A stretch of DNA of 64,000 nt, taken from Octopus sinensis (taxonomy: Eukaryota). A program made the position numbers and the translations under genes. Below are positions 51,819-64,000 of the stretch, one piece after another. Location: assembly GCF_006345805.1 (NCBI RefSeq), contig NC_043000.1, positions 60,822,001 to 60,886,000 on the forward strand. The letters run 5' to 3'. The notes beneath the pieces were generated by a model. It had not been told where the DNA came from. It searched no databases and saw only the letters and a program-made list of their open reading frames with translations. Numbering within the stretch: position 1 is the stretch's first letter; each line of letters begins with the position of its first letter.

Positions 51819-53149
51819 CAAAAAGTGTATCAAAAGGCACAATGCATTACTCTAAAAGGTATTGGCACAGTCAATCAAATCCACACTCCACTCGTATTAA
51901 TGATGTGGATGGATAATCTTCATAACATTAGATATATGTATATGTATGAATGAATGTATGAAACTTAAATTGTTGCAGTGACATAAAAAGAAAAAAAAAA
52001 AATGAAATGTTATCATTTATACTGAAAGTTAAGTTTTTCTGCTTTAATTTTGATTTTAATTTATTTTAATTATTTATTTGTCCTGTTTAGTCAGATTCAC
52101 AAATAAAATGGTTATTTTTAAAAAATATAGTTTAGTTAGAGGAGTAGAGAGAGTAGCCAGGATCATTTAGATGGCCTCCAAAATCTATGGGAGAAAGTGT
52201 GAAAGCTATTCCAAATCCAGACAGCTGACCCCAATGTTTGGAACTGAACGGGTACCAAAGGATTAGGTGTTTGAAAAACTAACAAACGAATTATATCCCA
52301 TTGATATGGACAATACTGTTATGCACCACTTAACATATACTTGAGGCTGAGCCAGTATTAGATGTGTTGCACATAAACATAGAATCAGACAGATATGGCA
52401 TTTCATGTATATTGATTAATGCATGCATGCATGCACAAATGCACGCAAATAGTTATGGACCCACTTACGTACAGATTTAATATCAATGGCATCTATAATT
52501 ATCAATTACACTAATGAGAGAATTAGAACATGTATGAAATGAAATGCTAATAAAATAACAGACCACTTTGTACTACCAAATCAACCTAACCGACTTAATA
52601 ATAAACTCCAGCTAATATTATCTCAGTTTGCTTTATAAAAACACAGCTATAACTGAAACACTCCCCTTTCCATTTTTGTCAAGGCTGTAACAGGAGCAAT
52701 TTGCAACAATTTCAATATAGTAGTGTATAGAAAGAATTTGTAAATGGTTAACCATATTCAGACAAATATTCATAGAAGGAACTAGTCCATTAATGCATAA
52801 ACTCTTTCAGACATACTCATAGAAGCAATTTATGTTAATGGCTAACTCCTCCAGATGTATTCATAGGTGTGTGTAAATGTATGTTTTTCATATACTCACA
52901 CTATGAAGTGGTTGGCATTTGGAAGGGCATCCAGCTGTAAAAACCATACCAAAACCAACCTCGCCTGTGCTGGTGCCATGTAAAAAGCATTCAGTCCACT
53001 CTGTGCACTGGTTGGTTGTTAGGAAGGGCGTCCGGCTGTAAAAACTATGCTAAATCAGACATAATAGCTTGGTGTAGTCTACCTTGCCAGTTCCTGTCAA
53101 ACTATCTAACCCATGCCAGCATGGAAGACGGATGTTAAATGATGATGAT

Positions 53150-53360
53150 TCAAGAAAGCCTTTGACAGGATATCACTCTGTGGTTTGGTAATCAGTAAGA
53201 AATGCATGTAAGTGCATGCCTTATAAGAGGTGTATAAACCATGTATAAAGATGCCATCAAAAAGGTGGAGTGTTAGCAATGAATTCAGTGATGAATTAAC
53301 TGCTCAGGTAAGAAAACACCAGAGCTCAGTTCTCAACCCTATCCCTCTATTTATTATAGT
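53150..53360 (+). mobile_element. Short decayed RTE RT fragment
   Basis: KKAFDR, MYKDA and HQSSVLNP..LFIIV remnants parallel the 44-kb copy. Confidence 0.55.
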
Positions 53361-53373
53361 TTCCCAATTGTAA

Positions 53374-53556
53374 CCATTTAGCATTCTGGTTAGTTTATCA
53401 AATGTAATGCTTAATTTATTCACATTGTTTTAAATTAATTATGCATTAAGGGATTGTTACATTTAGTGTGACATTGTAGGGTAAGTTTGAACAAAAAATA
53501 ATTAATGAAACATATAGAATATTTTGGCGGATATGGCTGGTTTAAATGCTAAAGGG
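53374..53556. mobile_element. piggyBac-type MITE
   Basis: gTAA|CCATTTAGCATT...AATGCTAAAGGG|TTAA; homologous to 61258-61475. Confidence 0.65.
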
Positions 53557-54266
53557 TTAAAAAAAGGACCTTAAGATTGGCTATCCATGAGAGCTTTGGT
53601 AAACCAATGATCTCTCTTTCATACTTGAATCTGTCAAGAATTAGAGAAATTCGAAATGTGAAAGCAATTCCTATATTTGAAAAGCTTCAAAGTAAACCAA
53701 GCAAATAGCAGTTACAAGAGATTTTTATAGCTTTATGTTTGCCATTCAAACACTAATATATCATTGTTTTATTTGGTTTGTTAGCTTCGACATTACTTTT
53801 ATTTTCCTTCAGAGAATAAATACACTGCTAAGAGCAAAAATCCATTTTTAGATTAATAGTTCAAAATGTATATTTGATATCATAGTCAAGAATCAACTCC
53901 AGAGTCAAGAGATGAGAAAAGTCTGGAGAAAAAAAAAACAAAAGCTTTGAACAAGAGAAATTATAACTCAGTATTGCATTTGAAAATTTAAATGATATAC
54001 ATGTGTGTGAGTATGAGTGAGTGAGTGAGTGTGTGTGTGTGAGTATGAGTGAGTGAGTGAGTGAGTGTGTGTGTGTGTGCATGTGTGCACGTGTGTATGC
54101 ATATGTATATAATTGCAATACATCTTGACAGGTTTCAATTTTATCATGATCATGATGCATATAAGAACTTTTGATATTTGAAACAAGAGAAGAGTAAGTG
54201 GTAAGAAATACCAAGTAGATTTTACAGAAAAGAAATAAGCCATGTACAAAGAAACTACTACTGTTG

Positions 54267-54311
<45 letters not shown>

Positions 54312-54324
54312 GAAAGGATTGTAG

Positions 54325-54475
54325 GTACGGGCATGGCTCTGAGGTAAGAAGATTGCTTGCCAACCACATGGTTCAAGGTTCAGTGGCACCTTGGACAAGT
54401 GTATTCCACTATAGCCTTGGGCCGACCAAAGCCTTGTGAGTGGATTTGGTAGATGGAAACTTAAAGAAGCTGATC

Positions 54476-54557
<82 letters not shown>

Positions 54558-54750
54558 TTTGTGTCTGTCACCACTTGACAACAGGTGTTAGTGTGTTTAC
54601 ATCCCCATAACTTGACAAAAGAGACAAACAGAATAAGTAGTAGGCTTAAAAAAAAAGTCCTGGGGTTAATTTGTTTAATTAAAACCCTTCAAGGCATTGC
54701 TCCATCTTGGCTGTAGTCAAATGACTGAAACAAGTAGAAGACAAAAGATA
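54325..54750 (+). mobile_element. SINE family A copy
   Basis: Head, core and tail homologous to 33935-34337. Confidence 0.7.
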
Positions 54751-56744
54751 AGGAACAGAACTGGTAATCTGGTGGATGACATGTTGTGTTCTGAGTGCTA
54801 ATCTCTCTGAGAGTGACTACTCTTGTGGCAATCAAGTTCTAGAGTTGATTTAAATCACTATAAGCCTCTCAAAATGCATGGCCTTATGCCTATGTAAAAT
54901 TAGAAATTATTATTATTATTATTATTATCTGAGAAGGCAGAATTGTTAGTATGTTGAAAAAGAAAATGCTTAATGGCACTTCATCCAGCTCTTTATGTTC
55001 TGAGTTCAAATCGCACTGAAGTTGAAATAGGAACAATATTACACATATCTATTTATGAATGTGAACTTAAAACTTCTCAGATTCTGAAGTTGATGGATGG
55101 ATGGATTGCAAGATAAATGTTAAATAGATCTATCCTTCCATCCAGATCTGTGTATTTATTCTTCCACCCACCCATGTATCTATCCTTCAACCCACCAGCC
55201 TACCAACCTACCTCCTTACCTACCTACATTATATTATCTGACTATATTTTAAAATTAGCTATTTTTTAAAATCATCATCAACATTTAATGTCTGTTTTCC
55301 ATGCTGGCATGGATTGGACAACTTAACAGGAACTGGCAAGGCCAGGGGCTGCACCAGGTTCCATAGTCAGTTTTGGCTTGGTTTCTATTGCTGGATGCCC
55401 TTCCTTATGCCAACCAGTCCACAGAGTGTATTGGGTGCTTTTTACATAGCAGCAGCACCCACACCAATGATTTTTTTTTTTATGCAGCAACTTGGTTTTA
55501 GAATCTCAATTCTGTTTTGGTGGGTAGCCCAAAATAAAAAAAAAACAGTGTCTGTCCTCTTTCTTAAGCAAGACTATAAAGAGACATCAGAAGTGAATGA
55601 CATGAAACTGTCTTGACCAATATACAAACTATTGCATTGTGTTGTGCTTCATATTTTGCAAAAGCCAAATCTGAATGATTATACCTATGATCAAAAAGTA
55701 TTCAAGCTTTGAGAATCCAAACATTTTTTCCCTCCAGATATGTGTTTCTGCCTACATTATCAAATGTCATTCTTTTTCAAAGATAGTAGGGTGTGATTTG
55801 ATGGAGATTTGTCTGCTATTCTTAGCAGGCCAAGCAACTACATATAGGCTTCCTTCATTAGTTCAGATTGATAGACATGGACAAAAAGGATAGCTATGTA
55901 AGTTGTGGTGGTTTTAATATTTAGTACAAATGTTAAAAATGATTAGTTCGCTTGCAGTAAAACAGAAGAAAAGTAGTGCTTAGAGTGTTCTAACCTGTTT
56001 TAACCTTTCCCTAGTCCTTCCAAGAACTTCAGAATTAATTTGGTGATTCTTCTGTGGTTTACATTTTACTACAGCTTGAATTTAATTGGTGACTGGAGGG
56101 TAAAGTACTGATGAAGGGGTAATTACAGAGAGAGCCAAAAATGAAAGATGAAAGACGAGGAAGAGGAGGGGGAATAGGTTAAGATGAGATACTGTACATG
56201 TGATGGAAAGAAGAGACAGCTGTTTTGGATAAGTTTGGGATTAGTATAGTATACAGAGCTACCCTCCTATTCAAAATAGCAAAAATAGCTGCAACAAATA
56301 AAATGATAGCAGCTTGATAGGTTCTCAATACACTAAGGGTCCTAAGTCCAAAATAAACTTGTAGCAGCTGCATTAAGATCTGTATCACCATTAACTAACA
56401 TTGTTAAGGTAAAATCTAAACTTGTAAGTAACCATTATTAAATGTTTTACATTCATCATGAAAATATATCTAAATATTCTTCTTTTAACAACTATTCTTA
56501 TCAGCCCTCACATATATTTTTTTCTTTCTTTTTTCACCCTTATACAAATATTTATTTTTCTATTTTTAAATCAATGTTGTAAATTTCTGTCTTAGTTCAC
56601 AGTTAATTCTTCTATCTCACACCCTCTTTGTCTTACTTGTTGGTTTCAGCTACAATACACCAGCTTCTTTAATATTGTAAAGAATGATCTTATTTTTAAT
56701 AAAAGCAAGCAATTACTTCTTGAACCTTATCATTCCAAACTTCC

Positions 56745-57604
56745 AGATCTTTGTGGTTTTCATCACTGTTTACAATTATCTTTAAAAAAATTTTTAATGT
56801 ATCATTTAAATTTTTGGTGCTGAATCCAAATTTGTTATTCATTTAATCCAGAAAAATTTTGCAAAAATGTTACATGTGTTCAAAGTTTAATAATTTTCAG
56901 AATTTTCAGCCAATCAGAAAACAGTGCATTCGCTGCCTCTTCCATCATCAAAGGTGGAGTTGGCATCAGCACATCTAAACATTGATAGTAATATCAATCA
57001 AAACATTAAAATATACACATGAATGAAGTTAACGTTAAAATATTTGTGAGCAAATTAAATACTTAAAAGCTACAAACAAACAAACCAGCAGGAGTTGCTA
57101 GAAATAACAGCCAAAACATTGCTTAAAGCAAACAATTATTAGATAAAAAATTTCACATACGAAAGTTTGCAATACACACTGATATGTACACACAAATATT
57201 CACATACCTCCCTTTTACATACACACATGGAGTTGAAACATTCCCACTACCAGTTTGCCATCACCCCTTCCTTTCTCATTCATATGTTGTGACAGAGAAA
57301 AACACTAGAGTATTATTATAGTAGAAAATTATCTTTCTCGTATCTCCTCCTCCTTGTGTGCATGTGCAGCATCTTTAGTTACTATGGAAACAGAGTTTTT
57401 CACCATGGTGATGTATAAAATACCTACTTCTGATTGGCTAAAATACCCAAATTTTGAAAAATTTTAAAGGCTAATAACTTTTTAGTTATGGATTTCTAGG
57501 AAAAATGAATTTCCTTTTCATAATTAGTATACAAAACTTAATCCATAAACCAAAATTGAAAACAACTGGAACAAAATTGCAAAGAGTGATGAAAACCACA
57601 AGAT
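56745..57604. mobile_element. Non-autonomous DNA transposon with long TIRs and 9-10 bp TSD (MULE-like)
   Basis: Direct repeat CCAAACTTCC at 56735-56744 and 57605-57614. TIRs GATCTTTGTGGTTTTCATCACTG and AGTGATGAAAACCACAAGATC. Inner inverted AGCCAATCAGAA / TTCTGATTGGCT. Confidence 0.7.
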
Positions 57605-58698
57605 CCAAACTTCCTCCTGCAATTCATAGCAACAGTTTGTGTTTGGTTGTCTAATCTTGCTGAAGATACGGTAGACTTTCTGACATGTGCTAAAATCAGA
57701 CTTAATCCCATCAACCCTTTATATTGGTAAATGTTCTATATTATGACTTTGGGAAAGATTACATATAGTTTGGAGATGTATATAAAATGTTGGGAATGTG
57801 TTGATCTTAGTTGATTGAGTTGCTGTTGGTACTGAAGCCTTTTTTCTGTGTTCAGCAGAAGCTTGGAAAATGCAAGGACATGTCTATTTCCATATTTTTA
57901 AAAATTTGGTGTATCAGACAATAGACTTGAATTTATTCAAGGATCAGATTGGTTCAGTTAAAGCCAACTTGGTTTAAGAAAACTCTAAATTATTCCTACA
58001 GTCTAAATGGTATAGTAGAAGGAGCTGAACAAACAGTGACATCTTGCATTTAAGAGGTTACAGTCCATCAGTTGCAAAGTTTGGTAAGTATTTTCAGAAG
58101 GTTCTTTTCAAGCATCACAACAAATCTTGTGCATGCAAGTTTTTCTTCAATTAAGAAATTACTCGGAAGATAGTTAAGTGTAACACTAAACCTCCTTTAT
58201 GAAAGTGGAAAATGGCTCATTACAAGAAGAATCTAATAAAATTTTTTCACGCAGATGCATGTTAACTGATTCATGCTGGCGGAAACACAGCTTGGATTAA
58301 ACGTGACGAGAAAAGCCCACACAACTGAACTAATAGCTCCTAAATATCCTGCTCTAAGCACATCTGCTAGTACTGATGTAATCAATAAGCTGGCATCACC
58401 AACTACCAACGTCTCTTGCTGAGCAACTACCCGATCAAATGATTCCCACAATGGTTATTAATAGGTTAATATCATTAATTTCTCTAACTGCTAATATTCT
58501 ATCTCCAACACCTTCATACTGCCAACACTTCTAAAATCAGGCTAATCCTCATAATAACATGGGAGCTGCAGAATTGCAAAGAGAATTCAGAAAGCACAGA
58601 GATATAATGTCCAACACAATTTATCTCTCGAGATTGGAGTAATGCTATATATACTTTCTTGTTTAGTTCTTTGTGTTATTACAAAATTATAAACATAC

Positions 58699-58915
58699 CT
58701 GCAACATCTGCACACTGTATACTCAGTGTATGATATTGTTTATATTCTTGTTGTGACATTGCATACGTTTTGCATGCTTTCACGTGGTCAATACAATCGA
58801 TGTAAGAAACAGTTTTTGATGGTGTGCAGCTGAAACAATGTTAATTACGACACCAGTTATAACAGGCGGCTGGAAAAATCTAAACCTACTTATCGATGAG
58901 AGCATAGACGCACAA
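58699..58915 (-). other. Candidate upstream (5'UTR/first coding) exon of the DPP6/10-like gene
   Basis: Strong donor GTTGCAG|gtatgt (GT 58698-58697). ATG TTG CAG (58707-58699) ends in phase 0 and would give MLQ-ELVG. Lies in unique, CpG-richer sequence. No transcript evidence. Confidence 0.25.
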
Positions 58916-60084
58916 CTGCAAAAAAACTTAACAGAGAGCTGCGATTGAAAAGTTCACCTGTGCGTGTATTTTGTTTAATGTACCAAAAGCAAGTCAAAAC
59001 CGACTGGGAAAAGGTTTACCACTACTATGCCGCCTACACCTCGAAGGATGAGGAATTTGATGATATAAAGCAGAGGACTGGAAGTTAATTCTAACAGGTA
59101 AAGTTCAACTTAGAGCATTGAAATCAAGATAAGATTTAAATCAGGTAACAAAATAAGTAAATAAAATAAGATAAAGCTAAAAAAAAAATAACAAAATAAA
59201 TAAAATTCCGTATGAACGACATCAATGACTTTAGAACTAAACTGCACTTAGACTCCATTTCTAAAAATACATGAACAAAGCGCTTTATCCTATAAATTAT
59301 TCTCTATATTTCCTGCTTTCTCTTGGAAATATAATAAAAAAGATAAAGAAGTGGGAACGTGAAGAGAAAGGAAACTGGAAAAATATCAAAGCAAGAGAGA
59401 GAGCGAGAGAGAGAGGGGAAGGGAGGGAGAGAGCGAGAGAAGAGAAAGAGAGGGGGAGCAAGTCAATAAAATAGATAGCATCAGAGGGAAGAATGTGGAA
59501 AGTGATAGATAGATAGATAGATAACGTTATATGTAAATTATTTTGGTAGAATATTACTAATCACAGTTGAATAACTGAGTATTCGCCGGACATTATTAAA
59601 GTTAGAGCCTCGGGAGAGAAAACGTTCAGCGGTTCTTTATCTTCTGAGTTCAAATCCCATCGAAGACAGTTTTGCTTTTCGTTTTTGCGGGTGAGAAGGG
59701 AGTCGAGAAAATTAATGTTTACTTTAATACCCGGCTACCAAAACAAAACAAAAAGCAAGTGTAATAGGTGTAAAAAATGTGTATTAAACAAATATGAAAA
59801 CAAAAAATTGCGCCAACGAACCGGGGAGAAGACTTTCGGAAAATCCACAAGATCCGATGGATCTTTTTGAGATCCGATCTGATTTTTTACCTGATAACTT
59901 TTAGGAAAATGTATATCGTGATAAACTTTTATATAAATTCCTTTCAAATGGCATAGATTACGATCATAAAGAAATTTGTGGGGAAAATGTTTTCCGAGGG
60001 GGTGGGATGAGGACTTTCGAAGAGAAAGAAATTCATAAATTATTTTTTTGCTTGAGTGTAATGGAAAAAAGTTTGAAAAGAAAA

Positions 60085-60307
60085 TTAGCTTCATTTATTT
60101 TTCGTTTGAGTAATAGCAAAAGGTTTTAAAAAAGATCCCAACGGTGGAGATGTGCTAAAAACAACAGCTAAATCGCTCTCAGCATTTTTTTCCAAAGTGA
60201 AACTATATTCAACACCGTATTAATGAATTTGTTTCTCTCACCATGATACATGGGATCTTTTTTAAAAACCTTTTTCTATTACTCAAATGAAAAATAAATG
60301 AATCTAA
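60085..60307. repeat. Inverted repeat (arms about 55 nt, spacer about 110 nt), MITE-like
   Basis: TTCATTTATTTTTCGTTTGAGTAATAGCAAAAGGTTTTAAAAAAGATCCCA versus TGGGATCTTTTTTAAAAACCTTTTTCTATTACTCAAATGAAAAATAAATGAA. Confidence 0.8.
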
Positions 60308-61257
60308 CATTTTTGGCACTATTACATCTTTTTTTTTTGTGGCCAGGTGTTAAAGTAAACATTAACCAAACTAAGCATCAGTCAAGTACTGGAGTTGATG
60401 GTGTTTACTAATGAATCTCCTCAAAATTACTGGCATTGTGCCTAAATTAGAAATGCCTATTTTATAATAAAATTATACAGTAACAAGGCATGTATGTGTG
60501 TAAGTTATGAATTAAATCATAACCTATAGAAATATAGATATACATATGTTGTGGTTTCCATATACATCTAGATCTCCATATACGCATCTCTCTCTCTATC
60601 TATCTATCTATATATCAATATATATATATATATACACACACACTCACTCACTCACATACAATTGCGTATTTAAGTTCTGTTATGCATTGATGAAGGAAAA
60701 GATAAGGGAACGAAAGGAACTTGTTGAATGAACATTCTCAGCTCATCTAGTTCACATTATTGACAATATTTGTTTTAGAAACAAATGCGATAAGGTTTAG
60801 GGAAGGGAAAAATATTGCCGCAGCCTATCATTTACTTTCAGTTCGCGTTGAACGATAAAAAATACTTATAAAACCATACTTTCAAGCATAGCAACTCATT
60901 TTATTTGATTAAGTAATGATATAAAAGTAAGAAGTCACTGTAGAATAATATTTTCAATGAACTATAGTAAATAGGTATCACATCCTTTCTTTGAGTGTTT
61001 AGATTAGGCTAATGTAATTGGAATGTCACTTTTTGTTATAGTGAAACCATCTAGATTTTCGTATTATTACGTGTATCTGGGCCAATGGAGTGACGATAAT
61101 GCATATTCTATTAGGTATTTTATTCTTTAGCTTCACACCACTTTCTGACCGAGCAGACGTTTTTCTGACCGTAAATATATGCAATTTTGTGTTGCTGGGA
61201 TAACAGTTCTCAAATGATGAATCGCAAAAGGTATCCAAGTATGTCATAGATTTTTAA

Positions 61258-61475
61258 CCCTTCAGCATACTGATTACTCTGTCAGATGTAATGCTTGTTT
61301 ATTCACATAGGTTTGAATCAATCATACATATTCTCGTAGCTTTGAAATTTTGACGATTGCTTGTTTAGTTTTAGAGTGGCATTGCGGAGTAGGTACTGGA
61401 GGTTAGATATGGTCAGTTTGAACATAAACAGGTAGAATACTTGTGTCAGATATGGCCGGTTTAACTACTAAAGGG
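61258..61475. mobile_element. piggyBac-type MITE
   Basis: TTAA|CCCTTCAGCAT...ACTAAAGGG|TTAA with TTAA TSD. Confidence 0.7.
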
Positions 61476-61559
61476 TTAAAAATACAATTTTAAGAGTTTA
61501 GAAAATTCATACTAATGCTGAAAGAATGTGTAATTTATAATTTTGTTATCGTTTCTTTT

Positions 61560-62110
61560 ATCTTTTATCTTTTATTTATTTCAGTCATTGGACTGTGGCC
61601 ATGCTGGAACTGCGCTTTGAAGGGTTTAATCGAACAAATCGACACCAGTACTTATTCCATCGGTCGGTTTTACTGAAGTTTTAGGTTACGGGTACGTAAA
61701 TAAATCAACAATTGTCAAAAAGGGGAGGGAGACAAACACAAAAACAAACATATACGACGGTCTCGTCTTACAAATCCACTCACAAAGGTTTGGCTGGTTT
61801 GAGGCTATAGTAGGCGACACTTGCCCAAGGTGCTACACTGTAGGACTGAACCCGAAATCATGTGATTAGGAACAGGGTTGGTTTTAAGTCAATTAGACAG
61901 GTTTGTTCAAATAGCGTCCCACACACACTCGAGCGGCGGACGCTGTGACGAATTTTATGATTGCGGCTAATGGTGCAGCCTCAAGCCCTCAACGCTTTTT
62001 GGCTGGGATTAGCGTATTACACAAAACGTAAAACATCAATCTTCAGCTTTTGTAGAGTAGCGCCGGCCCTGGTTGGGAAGCAAGCCTCTTGCCACACAGC
62101 CATGCCTGTG
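61560..62110 (-). mobile_element. SINE family A copy interrupted by an hAT MITE
   Basis: Reverse-complement homology to family A. Confidence 0.65.
61873..62071. mobile_element. hAT-type MITE inserted into a SINE head
   Basis: CAGGGTTGG...CCGGCCCTG ends. 8-bp TSD attaggaa / gttgggaa. SINE sequence resumes on both sides. Confidence 0.65.
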
Positions 62111-64000
62111 CCTATACACAGATTTGATTAAAGAAAAGGTAAGCAATGGTTTTTCTATATTCTTAACTTTAAAACATTCTTAACTTTCTATGTGAAGTAG
62201 GCCAGTAATTTCTCATTTGCACCCGCCACATGAGTATCACGAAGTGAGAAAAAGAAAAATGAAAAAGAACTCTAAAATTTTAGGAATGCCCCGACTAATG
62301 CGCTCTTTATTCTTAAAACTGTAGGGTGACTTAAGCAATTCAGTGGTTATTTATTGTAGGTTGAGTACAGTGGATAGGCTCCTTCATCTGTTTGTCTTAT
62401 GTTTTGTGCAGAGTTCTGAGTTCAAGTCTGGTAGAATCGATTTTTATCAATCTTTCTGGTCATCCTGTTAGTATTTATAAAAGAAATACCAACATCTCTT
62501 CGCCGAAGTCGAGATCTTGTGATATGATACGTCACGATACGATATCACAAGTGGCGAAACAGACAAATGAAGATTACAACACCTTAGGTCTTGTGAATCT
62601 GCTGAATAATAAAAGCACACACACACACATATCCCTTGTACATCAAAATCGATCAGAGATCACCATTACGATCATCATATCATCAATGCAGATTTTAGAG
62701 GTGAAAATTCAGAAAAGTGAAACTAACTGAAAAATAAAGGATAATTCAGCATCTTTAATTTTACAAATTAACAATTAGATATACTAGCCAACATTAATTA
62801 AAATGTTGTAAGGTGTATTTATCAACCATATGGTATAATGATAAACACTGACCGCCACAAAATTTATGCCGTCTTCAGCTTATTGGCTAGATGCCAATAC
62901 AAATAATTGTTTGTTAAACCCAGATCATGTCCGGCCGAACAAGCCTATGATGAGAGCTGGATTAATCATTAAACAAAACCAGCAGCATGTGCTTACAGCA
63001 CAGAAAGAATGGTGGGGAAGCACAGAATGTTTTCCAGTATTAGATTTACCATGTTGGAAATGGTAAATTATAACTTTCTTTTAATGTATAAAAAAGTGCT
63101 GTATGCCTTAGTTATAAGCAAATAATTTGCATATATTACTGTTATTTAACGTTAAATAGAATTAAAGAAAAGCAAATTCATAGCATTGGATATTCATTTA
63201 AGTGAGATCACAAGAATCCTGTGTGTATGCAAGCTGCTGGTATGTAATAGAACAGCCAACTGTTTTTGATAAATCGTGGATGGAAGAACTGGTAGATAAA
63301 TAAACACCAGGTGCAGGTATGACTGTGTGGTTAGAAGCTTGCTTCCCAACCACATGGTTCCAGGTTCAGTCCTACTGCATGGCACTTTGGGCAACTGTCT
63401 TCTACTATAGCCTCGGTCTGATCAAAGCTTTGTGAGTGGATTTGGTAGGCGGAAACTAAAAGAAGCCCATTGTATATATGTGTGTGTGTATCTAGTAACT
63501 GAAGATTTTGTTGTCTGTGGAATGTCTGATTCTACCATCTTAAGAATCCTTGCTTTATCAGATAGCTCTTATAGTGACAGTGCTTTATCAGTTTACACGT
63601 TTCACTTTTGCATTTGATTTATGAAAAGCACCACTTCAAGCCATTATTCAGTACACCTTGTCATTATTCACTTTGTTCTGATCCAAAATCTGTTCATATT
63701 AGCTGTGATACTCAATTTAGAAAACTGAACTTGGGGAATTTTTTAAGCTGGAATGTTTATATGGCTAAAAATGGATTCCTTGCCATTCATCATCAAAAGA
63801 ACAAAATTAATGATACAGTGGAGTGATATGGTAAACCACACAGTTACATCAGACACAAACAACTACAATTACTTTAATGAATAGATCATGGCCTTCTAGA
63901 ACTTTAAAGTTGCAATAATCTCAAATCATAATGTTTTCCCAATACTGGAAAATAAAGTCTCAAGTGCCCCCACTTCTCTTGATGGTCTAAACACAGACTA

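Noticed and set aside
52469-52492. Alternative first exon MPLILNLY|gtaagt (phase 0, minus strand)
   Set aside because: C at donor -1, CpG-poor context and no promoter features; likely chance.
58233-58451. Hydrophobic ORF with GPCR-like flavour (LADVL ... SASMNQLTCICVKKFY)
   Set aside because: Spacing from the putative TM2 Asp to the DRY position is about 40 aa, shorter than the typical 50 or so. No DRY, flanked by stops and no ATG start.

Overview
AT-rich, microsatellite- and transposon-dense animal genomic DNA. The SINE repertoire and composition fit an octopus (inference). Almost the whole window is intronic sequence of one minus-strand gene, a DPP6/DPP10-like type II membrane protein (DPP4/S9B family, Kv4 auxiliary subunit in vertebrates). 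Two coding exons are clear: 31375-31489 (115 nt, transmembrane anchor) and 1904-1999 (96 nt). They are joined in frame across a 29.4-kb intron, and the gene continues past the left edge. A candidate 5' exon/promoter lies near 58.7-59.1 kb, where CpG frequency rises sharply. The introns hold many tRNA-derived SINEs, RTE, CR1 and Dong/R4 LINE remnants, and mariner, pogo, hAT, piggyBac and MULE-like elements. There are also two non-autonomous Helitrons and a decayed RepHel Helitron carrying an OTU protease domain. The most unusual structures are (i) a TA-flanked palindromic foldback element built from a tRNA-like head, (AAT)n and a hammerhead-like core, split by a Dong/R4 LINE that has a minisatellite at its 5' junction, and (ii) short Penelope-like repeats with minimal hammerhead motifs inserted in (TA)n tracts. 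No rRNA, bona fide tRNA or CRISPR array was found. Most entries in the ORF track are microsatellite or TE artefacts. All homology calls come from recalled motifs, not database searches, and SINE boundaries are approximate.
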